Shown here piece after piece: positions 9,939 through 19,865 of a stretch of 64,000 bases of DNA (the stretch's first letter is position 1; each line of letters starts with the position of its first letter). Under the pieces are notes generated by a model that saw only the letters and a program-made list of their open reading frames with translations, did no database searches and was not told the origin of the DNA. The DNA lies in the IMG/VR virus record IMGVR_UViG_3300020390_000003, positions 8,458-72,457 of that record. One strand, given 5' to 3'. Made by a program: the position numbers and the translations under genes. The DNA comes from a virus.

Positions 9939-10394
9939 ATGATCTACCAAGATACAAATAGCGGTTTTTTAGTAGTGATCACATTGCTGGCAATTACTTT
10001 GGTTTGCTTCAATTTTAGTGCGTATTGCTTTATTTCTTATCGCATTATCAAGTCGCAACGCAACAATCCGCATTACAAAAAAACGCCTACGGTTATAGGA
10101 TTTAACTGGCTATTTATTTCAATCATATTACTGCTATTAGCTTTCATTATAAATTTCTTTTTCAATGCGTTTTGGATTTTGAATATCACTTCAATCATCG
10201 CTTGTGTGATATCGTCATACACCACGCATAAGTATTACAGCCAAACATCAGTTTTTGAAGAAAAGCAGATACCGGAAGATTTAGTGAAAAAAGAAACTGA
10301 AGATTTAAAAAAATCAGTTTTAAGGAAAATACAAAAGTATGAAGTCGATGATTCTATGTTGAATGAAATGACTACGTACATAAACAAGCATTAA
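9939..10394 (+). CDS. Membrane protein (3 TM), possible holin
   Basis: Three hydrophobic helices; upstream of endolysin. Confidence 0.55.
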   Translation: MIYQDTNSGFLVVITLLAITLVCFNFSAYCFISYRIIKSQRNNPHYKKTPTVIGFNWLFISIILLLLAFIINFFFNAFWILNITSIIACVISSYTTHKYYSQTSVFEEKQIPEDLVKKETEDLKKSVLRKIQKYEVDDSMLNEMTTYINKH

Positions 10395-10395
10395 T

Positions 10396-10752
10396 ATGAG
10401 TAACGAACTACTTATAGCACTTTTTGGCGGTGGTTCACTTGCTGCAATTATTGGTGCGTTAAAACTTCCAGAAACAATTAAAAACTGGAAAGAAGCCAGG
10501 CAAATAAAATATGATGGGCTTCAAAAAGAATTAGAAATAGAGCGCGAGAAAATTAGAGGTTTAGAACTTCAACTTTCATCTAAAAGTAAAGAGTTAGAAT
10601 TAGAAAAGATGAAAATGATTGAAATAAAAATTTGGTTAAGCGCTACTATACCAATGATGCGCACACAAAATTCTGACGATCCAAAAACTCTTGAGTTGAT
10701 CAAAATGATAGAAGATAATATAAAATTTGACGTAACCCCTTCAAGAACTTAA
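10396..10752 (+). CDS. Holin-like protein (N-terminal TM plus coiled coil)
   Basis: LLIALFGGGSLAAIIGAL then coiled coil; directly before endolysin. Confidence 0.55.
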   Translation: MSNELLIALFGGGSLAAIIGALKLPETIKNWKEARQIKYDGLQKELEIEREKIRGLELQLSSKSKELELEKMKMIEIKIWLSATIPMMRTQNSDDPKTLELIKMIEDNIKFDVTPSRT

Positions 10753-10754
10753 TT

Positions 10755-11351
10755 ATGATCACTGAAAAGCTATATGAAGAAATCGCCAAAGATTTAGGTG
10801 TAGAGGTTGCAGTAGTAAAAGCGGTTCACGAAGTAGAGGCTGCTGGAAAGGCGTTTAATGAAAATGGCACTATTGTAATTCTATTTGAAGGGCACAAGTT
10901 TTATCAGTTTTTAGAAGATAATGGTAAAGATGCAAAAGCTTTATCAAATGAATATCCTACACTTATTTATAAAGTTTGGACGAGAAAGCATTATGGTAAA
11001 GGAGACACTTTTGAACAACGACAGATAGAGGAACACAAGCGTTTTAGGAAAGCACTAGAGATAGATGCTGATGCTGCGTTTAGAGCCACAAGCTTTGGAG
11101 CCTTTCAAATTATGGGATTCAACGCAAAATCACTAGGATTTAAAACTGCTTCAGATTTGTACTACTACTTAAAATCAAGCGAAGCAAATCAATTAAAAGT
11201 GTTCGGTATTTTCTGCCAGGTAAACAATTTGGTGAGACACCTGCGGTCAAAAAATTGGGCTGCTTTTGCCAGAGGCTATAACGGCTCCGGTTACGCTGCT
11301 AACAAATACGATGTTAAACTGGCAAAAGCCTATAACAAATTTTCAAAATGA
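10755..11351 (+). CDS. Endolysin, N-acetylmuramidase (DUF3380 family)
   Basis: AVHEVEAAG, ILFEGHKF, TSFGAFQIMGFN, WAAFARGYNG..Y..NKYDVKL. Confidence 0.92.
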   Translation: MITEKLYEEIAKDLGVEVAVVKAVHEVEAAGKAFNENGTIVILFEGHKFYQFLEDNGKDAKALSNEYPTLIYKVWTRKHYGKGDTFEQRQIEEHKRFRKALEIDADAAFRATSFGAFQIMGFNAKSLGFKTASDLYYYLKSSEANQLKVFGIFCQVNNLVRHLRSKNWAAFARGYNGSGYAANKYDVKLAKAYNKFSK

Positions 11352-11962
11352 GATTAGTACGCAACATACTTTACTTACTTTTAGTTCTAGCGGTATTGGC
11401 CGCAGGAAGTAGTTGCGCCGGTACACGCCAGCGTGACAAATCCCGTGAGCAGGAAAAAACCAAAACAGAACTTCGCGAACAAATTGAACGTGAGACTTCT
11501 GAGCAAAAAGAAAAACTTGAAAACACTACCAAAATAACCAATGAACAAATCAAAGAGATCGTAAGCAATATTGATTTTGAAAGTATTGATCAAGATAAAT
11601 ATTTTGAACTAAACATTGGTGTAGATGGTAATGGTAATTTGAATATCAAAGGCAGAAATGTTCGTGGTTCCAAATCAGAAAAAGAAACCACAGGCAATAA
11701 AAGCGATACCACAACTACTACTAAAAAAGAAATATGGCACGCAGAGGCAAAAGAAGCTATTGACTTAGAACTTGATCAAGAAACCGAAACCGATAATCTG
11801 CAAGTGAGTGTTGAAAGCGAAAAAGAAGATTGGTTAGGCAGCTTGTCGTGGTCCTTGTTTTGGATTGTCGCATTAGTCGTATTGATCGGGATAGCCTATT
11901 ACAATCGCACATCATTAATAGCAAAAGCAAAAACCATAATTCAAAAAATCATCGGGAAATGA
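11348..11962 (+). CDS. Putative unimolecular spanin (lipoprotein with C-terminal TM)
   Basis: Lipoprotein-like signal ending AGSSC; C-terminal TM WSLFWIVALVVLIGIAYY; follows endolysin. Confidence 0.7.
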   Translation: MRLVRNILYLLLVLAVLAAGSSCAGTRQRDKSREQEKTKTELREQIERETSEQKEKLENTTKITNEQIKEIVSNIDFESIDQDKYFELNIGVDGNGNLNIKGRNVRGSKSEKETTGNKSDTTTTTKKEIWHAEAKEAIDLELDQETETDNLQVSVESEKEDWLGSLSWSLFWIVALVVLIGIAYYNRTSLIAKAKTIIQKIIGK

Positions 11963-12588
11963 GAGCACACAAAGATTTTATTGTACATATACCGGAGCGA
12001 TACCACAATGGCATCAAAACAGAAAACGGCACCAAAATTCATTTAGATAGTCGGTTTTCCGGTAAAGAGGTTGCCAATACTATTGTTGAAGTAGTTGCGG
12101 TACCAATGATCTATAACGGAGATATAAAACCGGGATGCCGATTGCTCATTGACCCAATTGTAGTCCATACGCAAGAGTTTCAGAAATGGGGTACAGAAGA
12201 AAATCACCACTTGGTTGATCGAGATAAAAAGCTGTACAAAATAGATCCTTCATTAGTGATTTGCTATTCTTTAGAAGGAAGCACACAGTGGCGCGGTTTT
12301 GAAGATAATGTGATTTGCGAATATATCAAGCCACCAAAGCAAGAAGAAAAAGAACTTGAGAAAATCGGTTCAATCTTCATTCCGGATATGACTAAGCCAA
12401 AACCTGCAGATGGGCCGGTGGTTAAAATCATTATTGCCAATGATGCCCTTAATGATCAAGGTATTTATGAAGATGATGTTGTTTTTTACAAACCTACCGG
12501 AGTTTATGAAGTATGGCTGCGTGATCAAAAAGTAGTTGGCTTAAAAAACAAATACTTACTTGGCAAACTACTAAAAGAGGCGGTATGA
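11959..12588 (+). CDS. GroES-like protein (tandem domains)
   Basis: ATG 11959 overlaps spanin stop; KTENGTKIHLD and KIGSIFIPD mobile-loop-like motifs. Confidence 0.55.
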   Translation: MRAHKDFIVHIPERYHNGIKTENGTKIHLDSRFSGKEVANTIVEVVAVPMIYNGDIKPGCRLLIDPIVVHTQEFQKWGTEENHHLVDRDKKLYKIDPSLVICYSLEGSTQWRGFEDNVICEYIKPPKQEEKELEKIGSIFIPDMTKPKPADGPVVKIIIANDALNDQGIYEDDVVFYKPTGVYEVWLRDQKVVGLKNKYLLGKLLKEAV

Positions 12589-12923
12589 AAACGGAGATAG
12601 ATGTAAAGAAATATCGTAAAGATCAAACTATTAAACTCATTGAAAAGTATAAGTCACTTATTGATGATGTTTTTGAGGTCTTTGAGGATAATGTTCCGGA
12701 AATTGAGGAAGATGAAAAAGAAGATAGCGAAGAAAAAAAACTCAATCGCATTAAAAAACGAAGCGCCGCTTTAGAACATGTAGATGGCTTCCTACTCAAA
12801 ATTGAAAACCTGGAACACCATTTAAAAGAAGCTGAAGAAAATAGTGATGATGAAACCGTCACCACCAAAAAAGAAGAACCCAAGGGTTTTCAACACCCTA
12901 CAAAAGCACGAGCTAAAAACTAA
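12585..12923 (+). CDS. Putative terminase small subunit
   Basis: Helical 112-aa ORF coupled directly upstream of terL. Confidence 0.4.
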   Translation: MKTEIDVKKYRKDQTIKLIEKYKSLIDDVFEVFEDNVPEIEEDEKEDSEEKKLNRIKKRSAALEHVDGFLLKIENLEHHLKEAEENSDDETVTTKKEEPKGFQHPTKARAKN

Positions 12924-15259
12924 TGATTTTCTACTTAGGAAATAAAGTCGAACTTAATTTAAGACCTTCCGCAAAACGGGATCTTAACCGCCTTGGCCAT
13001 TGGAAATATGGATACAACAAAGAGCACGATGTTGTAGTCATTTCTAAAGATGGCACTCTTGGTGATGTGTTTGAAATTATGGGCCTAAGAATTGGCTTGC
13101 CCGAAATGCCTAAAAAAGATCAAATCATTAATCATAATAAAATTCAGTCACAGCAAAAATTTATGCGTGAGCAAATGCCGGCTGAATTAGAATATGAGGC
13201 TATTGATGCGGTTACTTCTCAATTCACGGGAACAGCTCCTCAAAAACAAGAGCAAATTGACGAGTATTTACAAACGCTGTTTCAAAAGCATTCCAAATAT
13301 ATCAATGAGCAATATCGCAAACGCGAGCAAGGGGTATGGATTTACCTTAATGGGAACCCGGTGTATTTAACCGGTACATATTGGTTCGGTATTCAGTGGG
13401 TGCGTGAGATTAGCGAATATCCCAAGCTGCGAATCATTCAGAACGAGTTGATGATCTATTGGGAAGCTTGTAAAGCAGACTCGCGAAGCTTTGGGATGCA
13501 ATACGTTAAAAACAGACGTATGGGTGCTTCCCTTATGGCAATTATGGAAATGCTTGACGCAGCAACGCTTAATGAAGATAAGCTGCTGGGAATGATTTCT
13601 AAAAAAGGGGAAGATGCAAGTAAGATTTTCCGTAGATATATTGCAGCCTTTAAACGCCTTCCTTCATTTTTCAGACCGGTATGGGATGGTACCAATAACC
13701 CTAAAAAGAAACTGAACCTTGAAGAAGCTACCAAGCGTAAATCTGCAGGTAGTTCAATTTCTATGGGTAATGGTTTGGGTACTATGGTAGAGTGGCACAA
13801 TACCGATTTGAATGCGATGGATGGGGATGCGATTTTCAGATCGCTATTAGATGAGTCTGGTAAATATCCTAAAGAGGTGCCTTTCTCAAAATATTGGGGT
13901 ATTGTAAAAACTTCACATAGAAAAGGTATTATCATCACGGGCAAGTCAATGGTAGTATCAACGGTGAACGCCCTTAAAAAAGGTGGTGCCGAATACAAAA
14001 AAGTTTGGGATAATAGCGACTGCAATCAACGTGACCGCAACGGACAAACCAAATCGGGATTATACCGCATTTTCATTCCGGCAAAATATTGTCTTGAAGG
14101 TATGTTTGATGAATTTGGTTTTTCTATTGTAGAAGATCCTGACAAACCTATCAAAACAGATGAAGGCGTTTATGTAGAATACGGCTCAGAAACGCATTTA
14201 AAAAACTCTATTGAAGCCTTACAAGATGATCCCGAAGAACTCAACGAATTTATGCGCCAAAACCCCGAGACGATTAAAGATGCGTTTCGTAATGAAAGTG
14301 GCGATTGTGAGTTTAATGAGATCAAGCTAGATGAGCAAATTGAGCATAACAAATGGGAGCTCAACGACACTTATAATTCTGAAACCGGAACGTGGCGTGG
14401 CAATGACGATGTAGAACGCGGCAACTTCTCTTGGGAAAACGGTATTCGCTTTGGTACCGTGCGTTGGAACCCAGACTCGGAGAAAGGTCGTTTCTTTATT
14501 AAAAAAGGTTGCCATCCTCCGCTTGAGTTTAGAAACAAGTATGAGCAAAAGCGCACCAATGGCGGCGTGCTTGCTAACGCTCCTATTGCCGGGCACATTG
14601 GCACCATAGGCGTTGATCCCTATAACCGTAGTAAAAATGCCGATGGTCGTGGTTCAAAAGGTGCGATCATTATAAAAACCAAAACGCATACGTGCTCAGA
14701 GTTACCGAATAATGCGCAGATCGTAGAATACATAGACCGTCCTAAAAAGGTTGAGATATTTTTTGAAGATGCTTTAATGGTTGCGATCTATTATAGCCTT
14801 CCTATGAATATCGAACTTTCAAACGAGCGTTTTTTACACAAGCTTAAAGATTGGGGTTTCCGGCATTTTGTAATGAACAACCCGTTTAAGAAAAGCTGGA
14901 ACGAGTTGTCACCGCAGGAAAAAGAAACCGGTGGTTCGCCACAGCAGGACGCCAAGATTGGGGAAGCACAGTTTTATGCTACTGAAGCATATATAGAAGA
15001 TCACATAGGGGTAGCCCGAGACAACAAATATAGAATGCAAGGCGAAATGGGCGATAATCCATTTACACGAACTTTATATCAATATAAAGAAGTAGACACC
15101 TCAAATAGAGGTAAATTTGATGCGTATATTGGCGCCAGTTTAGCAGACGTAGGTAATCAGCCAAGACGCATACAACAACAAGAACAAGAGCAAAAACGTA
15201 TAACCGTACCTTTTACCAAGTATGATAATAGTGGTGCTGTTTCTCAAATAGCTGTATAA
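12923..15259 (+). CDS. terL: Terminase large subunit
   Basis: KNRRMGAS Walker A, LLDESGK Walker B, VST coupling motif, IGVDPY nuclease motif. Confidence 0.92.
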   Translation: MIFYLGNKVELNLRPSAKRDLNRLGHWKYGYNKEHDVVVISKDGTLGDVFEIMGLRIGLPEMPKKDQIINHNKIQSQQKFMREQMPAELEYEAIDAVTSQFTGTAPQKQEQIDEYLQTLFQKHSKYINEQYRKREQGVWIYLNGNPVYLTGTYWFGIQWVREISEYPKLRIIQNELMIYWEACKADSRSFGMQYVKNRRMGASLMAIMEMLDAATLNEDKLLGMISKKGEDASKIFRRYIAAFKRLPSFFRPVWDGTNNPKKKLNLEEATKRKSAGSSISMGNGLGTMVEWHNTDLNAMDGDAIFRSLLDESGKYPKEVPFSKYWGIVKTSHRKGIIITGKSMVVSTVNALKKGGAEYKKVWDNSDCNQRDRNGQTKSGLYRIFIPAKYCLEGMFDEFGFSIVEDPDKPIKTDEGVYVEYGSETHLKNSIEALQDDPEELNEFMRQNPETIKDAFRNESGDCEFNEIKLDEQIEHNKWELNDTYNSETGTWRGNDDVERGNFSWENGIRFGTVRWNPDSEKGRFFIKKGCHPPLEFRNKYEQKRTNGGVLANAPIAGHIGTIGVDPYNRSKNADGRGSKGAIIIKTKTHTCSELPNNAQIVEYIDRPKKVEIFFEDALMVAIYYSLPMNIELSNERFLHKLKDWGFRHFVMNNPFKKSWNELSPQEKETGGSPQQDAKIGEAQFYATEAYIEDHIGVARDNKYRMQGEMGDNPFTRTLYQYKEVDTSNRGKFDAYIGASLADVGNQPRRIQQQEQEQKRITVPFTKYDNSGAVSQIAV

Positions 15260-15260
15260 G

Positions 15261-17684
15261 ATGAACAACAATTTACAACCTAAAAACAAAATGGGAATCC
15301 CGGACCCATTGGCTCCCGAAAATGAAAAAAGGGATGCTGATTATGGATTAAAATGGGCAATGGCTATACAAGCAGAATGGTTTGGTGGCGGTTTGATCAA
15401 TGATAAATGTTTGTTTACCCAACGACACAAAGAAATTCGGGATTTACGTTTGTATGTGCGTGGTGAATATGATCTTGCCGGAGACAAGAACCATATCGCG
15501 CGCCAGCCTGATGATTTAAGTCTGCACAACCTGGACTTCACCCCAATTAATTACGCAGAAAAATTCACCAATAAAGTGCGTAACGGGATAAGTGATGATT
15601 TTTACCGTATTGATGTACGTTCAGTAGATCGTTTTGCTGCGCTTGCCAAAAAGAAAAACTACGAGCGCCACAAAACCAATATGGCTTCACGTGCGATGCT
15701 TGAGAAAGCGGCCGCAATGGGATTGCCAGACCTTACCGAAAAAGGTTTTATCCCGGAAGATGATGAGGAATTAAGCTTATACACACAGATCAAAGAACGT
15801 CCTATGCAAGAGATCGCAGAGGAAATTATGATCAATTTTGTGAAGCGCACAAACAACTGGACGCAGACCAAAAAGAAAACCAATAGCGATTTGGTTAATG
15901 TTGATTTGCAAGTAGCACAGTTGATTACAGATGATAATAATGGCGTAGTGCCTATTTATCGTGACCCCGAAGCTTTTGTACACAGCTTTGTAGAATTAGA
16001 CGATTTTAGCGATGCTTTTTATTATGGCTATGTAGATACTATTACTATCAACGAACTGCGCAGAGAGAGCGGCTATGATGATGTAAAGTGCCGTAAGATT
16101 GCCAAGTTATATGCCGGAGTCAATAAGATTAATGAATTAGGCTTCAACTTCTCACACGCGCCAATGCAGGATATTATCAATATTCAAGTACAAGTATTGC
16201 GTTTTGCATTCAAGAGCGATAAAGAAATTATTTGGAAAAAATATACTGATAAGCGTAATCGCACCAATAAAGTGGCGCGTAGAAGCGTAGATTGGAAGGT
16301 GCCGGAAGAAGCAGCACACAAACGTTTATCAAAACGTCTTGATACCTGGTATGAAGGCAGCTACATCATAGGTAGTAATGAGTTTATTTACAACTACCAA
16401 GAGACTGAGATATTGGCAAAAGACAATATGAATAAAGTGGTGCCGCCATTTATCGCGCAATCTACCAATATCTATCGCAATAAATTACGCAGTTTCTTGA
16501 GCAATATCATTCCGCTTTGTAAAGAGTTGCAGCGTATTCACTTAAAAATTCAGCATTTAATAGCCGAATTAAAACCTGACCTTATCGAGATCGATATTGA
16601 TCAAGTGGCCGAACTCATTCCGGACGCCAAAGGAGATCCCGAAGCCAATATCAAAAAAGCGCTTTCCTATCTTAACGTAAAAGGTGTGGTGTTGAAAAAG
16701 CGTGTGAATATGGGTGAAGATGGTATGAAAGACGGTAATGCTGCGCGGCCAATGCCTAACCAACAAGGTAGCGCACTAGGCGCATTGCTTAATTCGTGGC
16801 AATTTTATTACAAGCAGATACAAGATATTACCGGTCTTGACCCATTGCAAGCAGAATCGCTTGTGGGTACAAACCAGATGATACAATTGGCTAACAATAC
16901 CGCTACCAAGCACATTGTTGAAGCTGCAGTTGCTTTTGATAAGCGGGTATGCGAGGCTATTAGCGCACGCGTAAAAGGGGTTTTTAAATTCCCAAGATTA
17001 AAGCATCTTGCAAAGACCTATGCTGATGCTGTGGGTAAAGAAAATATTGATGCGTTAGAAGGTTTAGAAAACCGAAGCTTGCACGAGTTTGGATTTACGG
17101 TAGAAATGGTGCCGGCCAAAGAAGAACTTGACGAATTACGTGAGGATTTAGGTCTTGCTTTAAAAGATGGAAGCATTGATGTTTCTGATAAGTCTGAGAT
17201 TATGGTTATTGCGCGCAACAATATGAAGCAAGCACGCCAATATATGCACTTTGTACGCCGCCGAAACATTAAGCAACGTATGAAAGAAACTGAGTTTAAC
17301 AATAAAACTCAGGCGCAAAACAATATGCAAGCTGCACAAGCCAAGCAGCAAGGAGAAATCGCTTTGTATCAACAAAAGAAGATGATTGATTTAGAATATG
17401 AAGGTCAAAAATCGATGATTGATTTACGTAAACTTGCGCAGGAATTACAGATCAAAGAACCTACGGAGCAAAAACGTTTTGAAGAAAAAGCGTATATCGA
17501 GCAAATGAAAGCGGCAATGACGATAAACCTCACTAAGTACAAGGAGAATGAAAAAGAACGCCGTGAGGAAAAAACCGGAACCCGTCAAAGTAAGATGATC
17601 GAGCAACGTCAAAAAGATAAGCCTGCATTTGACTTTACAAAACCCGATATCGACTTGGATGCTATTTTAGGACAGGTTGGTTAA
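15261..17684 (+). CDS. Portal protein
   Basis: 807 aa directly after terL; LHNLDFTPINYAEKF; Q-rich coiled C-terminus typical of podoviral/crAss portals. Confidence 0.85.
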   Translation: MNNNLQPKNKMGIPDPLAPENEKRDADYGLKWAMAIQAEWFGGGLINDKCLFTQRHKEIRDLRLYVRGEYDLAGDKNHIARQPDDLSLHNLDFTPINYAEKFTNKVRNGISDDFYRIDVRSVDRFAALAKKKNYERHKTNMASRAMLEKAAAMGLPDLTEKGFIPEDDEELSLYTQIKERPMQEIAEEIMINFVKRTNNWTQTKKKTNSDLVNVDLQVAQLITDDNNGVVPIYRDPEAFVHSFVELDDFSDAFYYGYVDTITINELRRESGYDDVKCRKIAKLYAGVNKINELGFNFSHAPMQDIINIQVQVLRFAFKSDKEIIWKKYTDKRNRTNKVARRSVDWKVPEEAAHKRLSKRLDTWYEGSYIIGSNEFIYNYQETEILAKDNMNKVVPPFIAQSTNIYRNKLRSFLSNIIPLCKELQRIHLKIQHLIAELKPDLIEIDIDQVAELIPDAKGDPEANIKKALSYLNVKGVVLKKRVNMGEDGMKDGNAARPMPNQQGSALGALLNSWQFYYKQIQDITGLDPLQAESLVGTNQMIQLANNTATKHIVEAAVAFDKRVCEAISARVKGVFKFPRLKHLAKTYADAVGKENIDALEGLENRSLHEFGFTVEMVPAKEELDELREDLGLALKDGSIDVSDKSEIMVIARNNMKQARQYMHFVRRRNIKQRMKETEFNNKTQAQNNMQAAQAKQQGEIALYQQKKMIDLEYEGQKSMIDLRKLAQELQIKEPTEQKRFEEKAYIEQMKAAMTINLTKYKENEKERREEKTGTRQSKMIEQRQKDKPAFDFTKPDIDLDAILGQVG

Positions 17685-18475
17685 AAAGTAAGCGCTAATT
17701 GATCAGTATTTTTTAATCTTGAAACAGCACTATCAAAATAATCTTTTTCTTTTTCGCAAGCGGTAAGATGCAACTGTAATTTATCAATGCGGTTGCATTC
17801 TCTTACCACAAAAGCAATATTACCTGAGCCGAATCCCGAATCAAATATTGAATACCCTTTTAAGCAGTAATTCAGAATCATCCATCTGTACAATTTACGA
17901 GGCTTTTGGGTAGGATGATAGCGCTTTTCATTAAGCCTTTTGTTGCCTTCTTGTTTAGTAGGGTTCAGCAAACTGCCCTGCATCATCCCAGCCCACATAT
18001 ATTGATAAATAAAGCTTGGTCTATCAAAAGAAGTCCAAGCCAATTCACAATCATATTGATCAGAAGTGCCATTACACTTATCCCAAAGAATCCATCCTTT
18101 AGGGTTTTCCTTTAAAAACTTATCAAAATCCTTTCGCCTAGGTGGTTCAAATGGTTTTTCTACAATCCAATCAAAGAAATTAGCACCCCAAATTATTTGA
18201 TTTTTTGAAACTCGGAAGATTTCTTTGCCATATTCATCATTTGCCGGTAAAGCATCCCAATTTTTTTTGACGTAGTTGTTATTAGGTGATTTTAGAGTTG
18301 CACCATTTTTTTGTTTAATAGGTGTATTTCTGCTTTTATGATTTTTGGAGCTTTCACCAATACCATACTCAGGATCTAAAATTGCTATATCAAAGTAAGC
18401 ATCAGATAACTCACCCATCAACCTCATACGATCCTCACAAGTCAATTTAAAGTCAGAAGTTTCGTATAGCATCAT
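17681..18475 (-). CDS. DNA N6-adenine/N4-cytosine methyltransferase (beta class)
   Basis: DIAILDPEYG (motif IV variant), WILWDK, HPTQKP, IFDSGFGSG. Confidence 0.88.
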   Translation of the reverse strand: MMLYETSDFKLTCEDRMRLMGELSDAYFDIAILDPEYGIGESSKNHKSRNTPIKQKNGATLKSPNNNYVKKNWDALPANDEYGKEIFRVSKNQIIWGANFFDWIVEKPFEPPRRKDFDKFLKENPKGWILWDKCNGTSDQYDCELAWTSFDRPSFIYQYMWAGMMQGSLLNPTKQEGNKRLNEKRYHPTQKPRKLYRWMILNYCLKGYSIFDSGFGSGNIAFVVRECNRIDKLQLHLTACEKEKDYFDSAVSRLKNTDQLALTF

Positions 18476-18538
18476 TACACTAAAATTTACATTTTTTCAA
18501 ATTTAGTATAAGTAAAATATACTTTTAATATAAATTAA

Positions 18539-18599
18539 TTTGTATTTGAATACTTTATTTCTATACTTTTGCTTTAAACAATAAGTAAAGTTTATAGTT
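18539..18599 (+). promoter_or_regulatory. Promoter of the capsid operon
   Basis: TTTG 18539-18542, 21-nt spacer, TACTTTTG 18564-18571. Confidence 0.6.
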
Positions 18600-19847
18600 A
18601 TGACGATCGGGAAAAATATGTTAGGGTATATGAAGTTAGGTGGTGATCCTACACCTACACCTACACCTGCGCAACCACAACAACAGGCACAAGAACCTGC
18701 TCCGGCAGCACAACAACCTAAACAACCCGAACCCAAACCGGCTGAACCTGCACAACCTAGTCCTGAGCCAGCAGCACAGGAACCACAACCGGCTGCACAG
18801 CCAGACCCAAATAAAGGTGCTGATCCTAAACCGGCTGCACAACCTCAAGCAGCAGAACCAGCACAAGGACCTGAGCCAACCCCTGCACCACAACCCGAAT
18901 TGAACGAAGAAGCTTTTTTAAGCTATATCAAAGAGAAAAAAGGATTTAAAGGAGAAAGCCTTGACGAGTTGTTTAAAAAGCCCGAACCGGCAGCAGACCC
19001 ATTTGAGGGATTAAGTGATGAAGCGGTACAATTTGTTAAGTACAACAAAGAAACCCAACGTAGCTATAAAGAATTTGAAGCGCTTAACCGCGATTATTCA
19101 AAAGTGAGTCCGTTAGAAGCGGCACGTGAGAAAGCCCTTGCAATAGGTGGTGATTACATTGATCAAAGCAATGTAGATGAATACCTAGAAGCAGAATTAG
19201 GAATAGATGTTTCTGACTTTGAAAATCTTTCTGCAGTCGAGAAGATGCGTTTAAAGAATTTCGGTCAAGATTATATACAGTCTCAGATAGAGGCACAACA
19301 AAAATATAAGCAACCTATTGAGCGCCCCGGTCAGCCGGAAATGGTCACGTTAGAAAACGGCCAGACAATGCCAAAGGAAACTTATGACAAATTAGTAGAT
19401 CAACAATTAGCATATCAAAATAGCATCAAAGAGGCTTCGGATAAGATCAATGCGTCTGCTTATGATATTAAGATTGATGATAACGGTACTGAAAAAGTGA
19501 TGAATGTTGCTTATGAGTATTCAAAAGATGATAAGCAGGATATGGTATCATCAGCACTCAATATTGACGCGTTTTATCAAAAAGCATTCGGTACTGAAAA
19601 GGGATTAGACTACGCAAAACTTGAAGAAGGATTGCATTGGGCTGACCCTGCAAAACGGGAAAAATCAATCACAGCCATTGTTCACAAAGCCTTAGCACAG
19701 CAAGCCGAAGAATTTGCAGCTATTGAGCATAATGCAGAAGTAAAAACCAAGCAGATGCCTCACAGCGCTACGCAAACTTCAAATAACAACATCGCTAGTT
19801 GGCGAGGTGGCAATACAACTACAGGAAGGATTCCATTTAAAGTTTAA
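18600..19847 (+). CDS. Putative capsid scaffolding protein
   Basis: P/Q/A/E-rich disordered N-terminus; immediately upstream of the major capsid gene. Confidence 0.65.
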   Translation: MTIGKNMLGYMKLGGDPTPTPTPAQPQQQAQEPAPAAQQPKQPEPKPAEPAQPSPEPAAQEPQPAAQPDPNKGADPKPAAQPQAAEPAQGPEPTPAPQPELNEEAFLSYIKEKKGFKGESLDELFKKPEPAADPFEGLSDEAVQFVKYNKETQRSYKEFEALNRDYSKVSPLEAAREKALAIGGDYIDQSNVDEYLEAELGIDVSDFENLSAVEKMRLKNFGQDYIQSQIEAQQKYKQPIERPGQPEMVTLENGQTMPKETYDKLVDQQLAYQNSIKEASDKINASAYDIKIDDNGTEKVMNVAYEYSKDDKQDMVSSALNIDAFYQKAFGTEKGLDYAKLEEGLHWADPAKREKSITAIVHKALAQQAEEFAAIEHNAEVKTKQMPHSATQTSNNNIASWRGGNTTTGRIPFKV

Positions 19848-19865
19848 CAGAAAAAATTAGAACTA

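Noticed and set aside
11830-11958. Upstream extension of ORF 11830-12588
   Set aside because: It overlaps the spanin gene; ATG 11959 is coupled to the spanin stop
13456-14025. Long antisense ORFs within terL, and similar ones in the portal, giant protein and SMC genes
   Set aside because: S/L/F-rich antisense shadows of strongly coding genes
18640-18903. Alternative-frame H/N/L-rich and C/R/L-rich ORFs and apparent repeats
   Set aside because: Shadows of the low-complexity P/Q/A/E region of the scaffold gene
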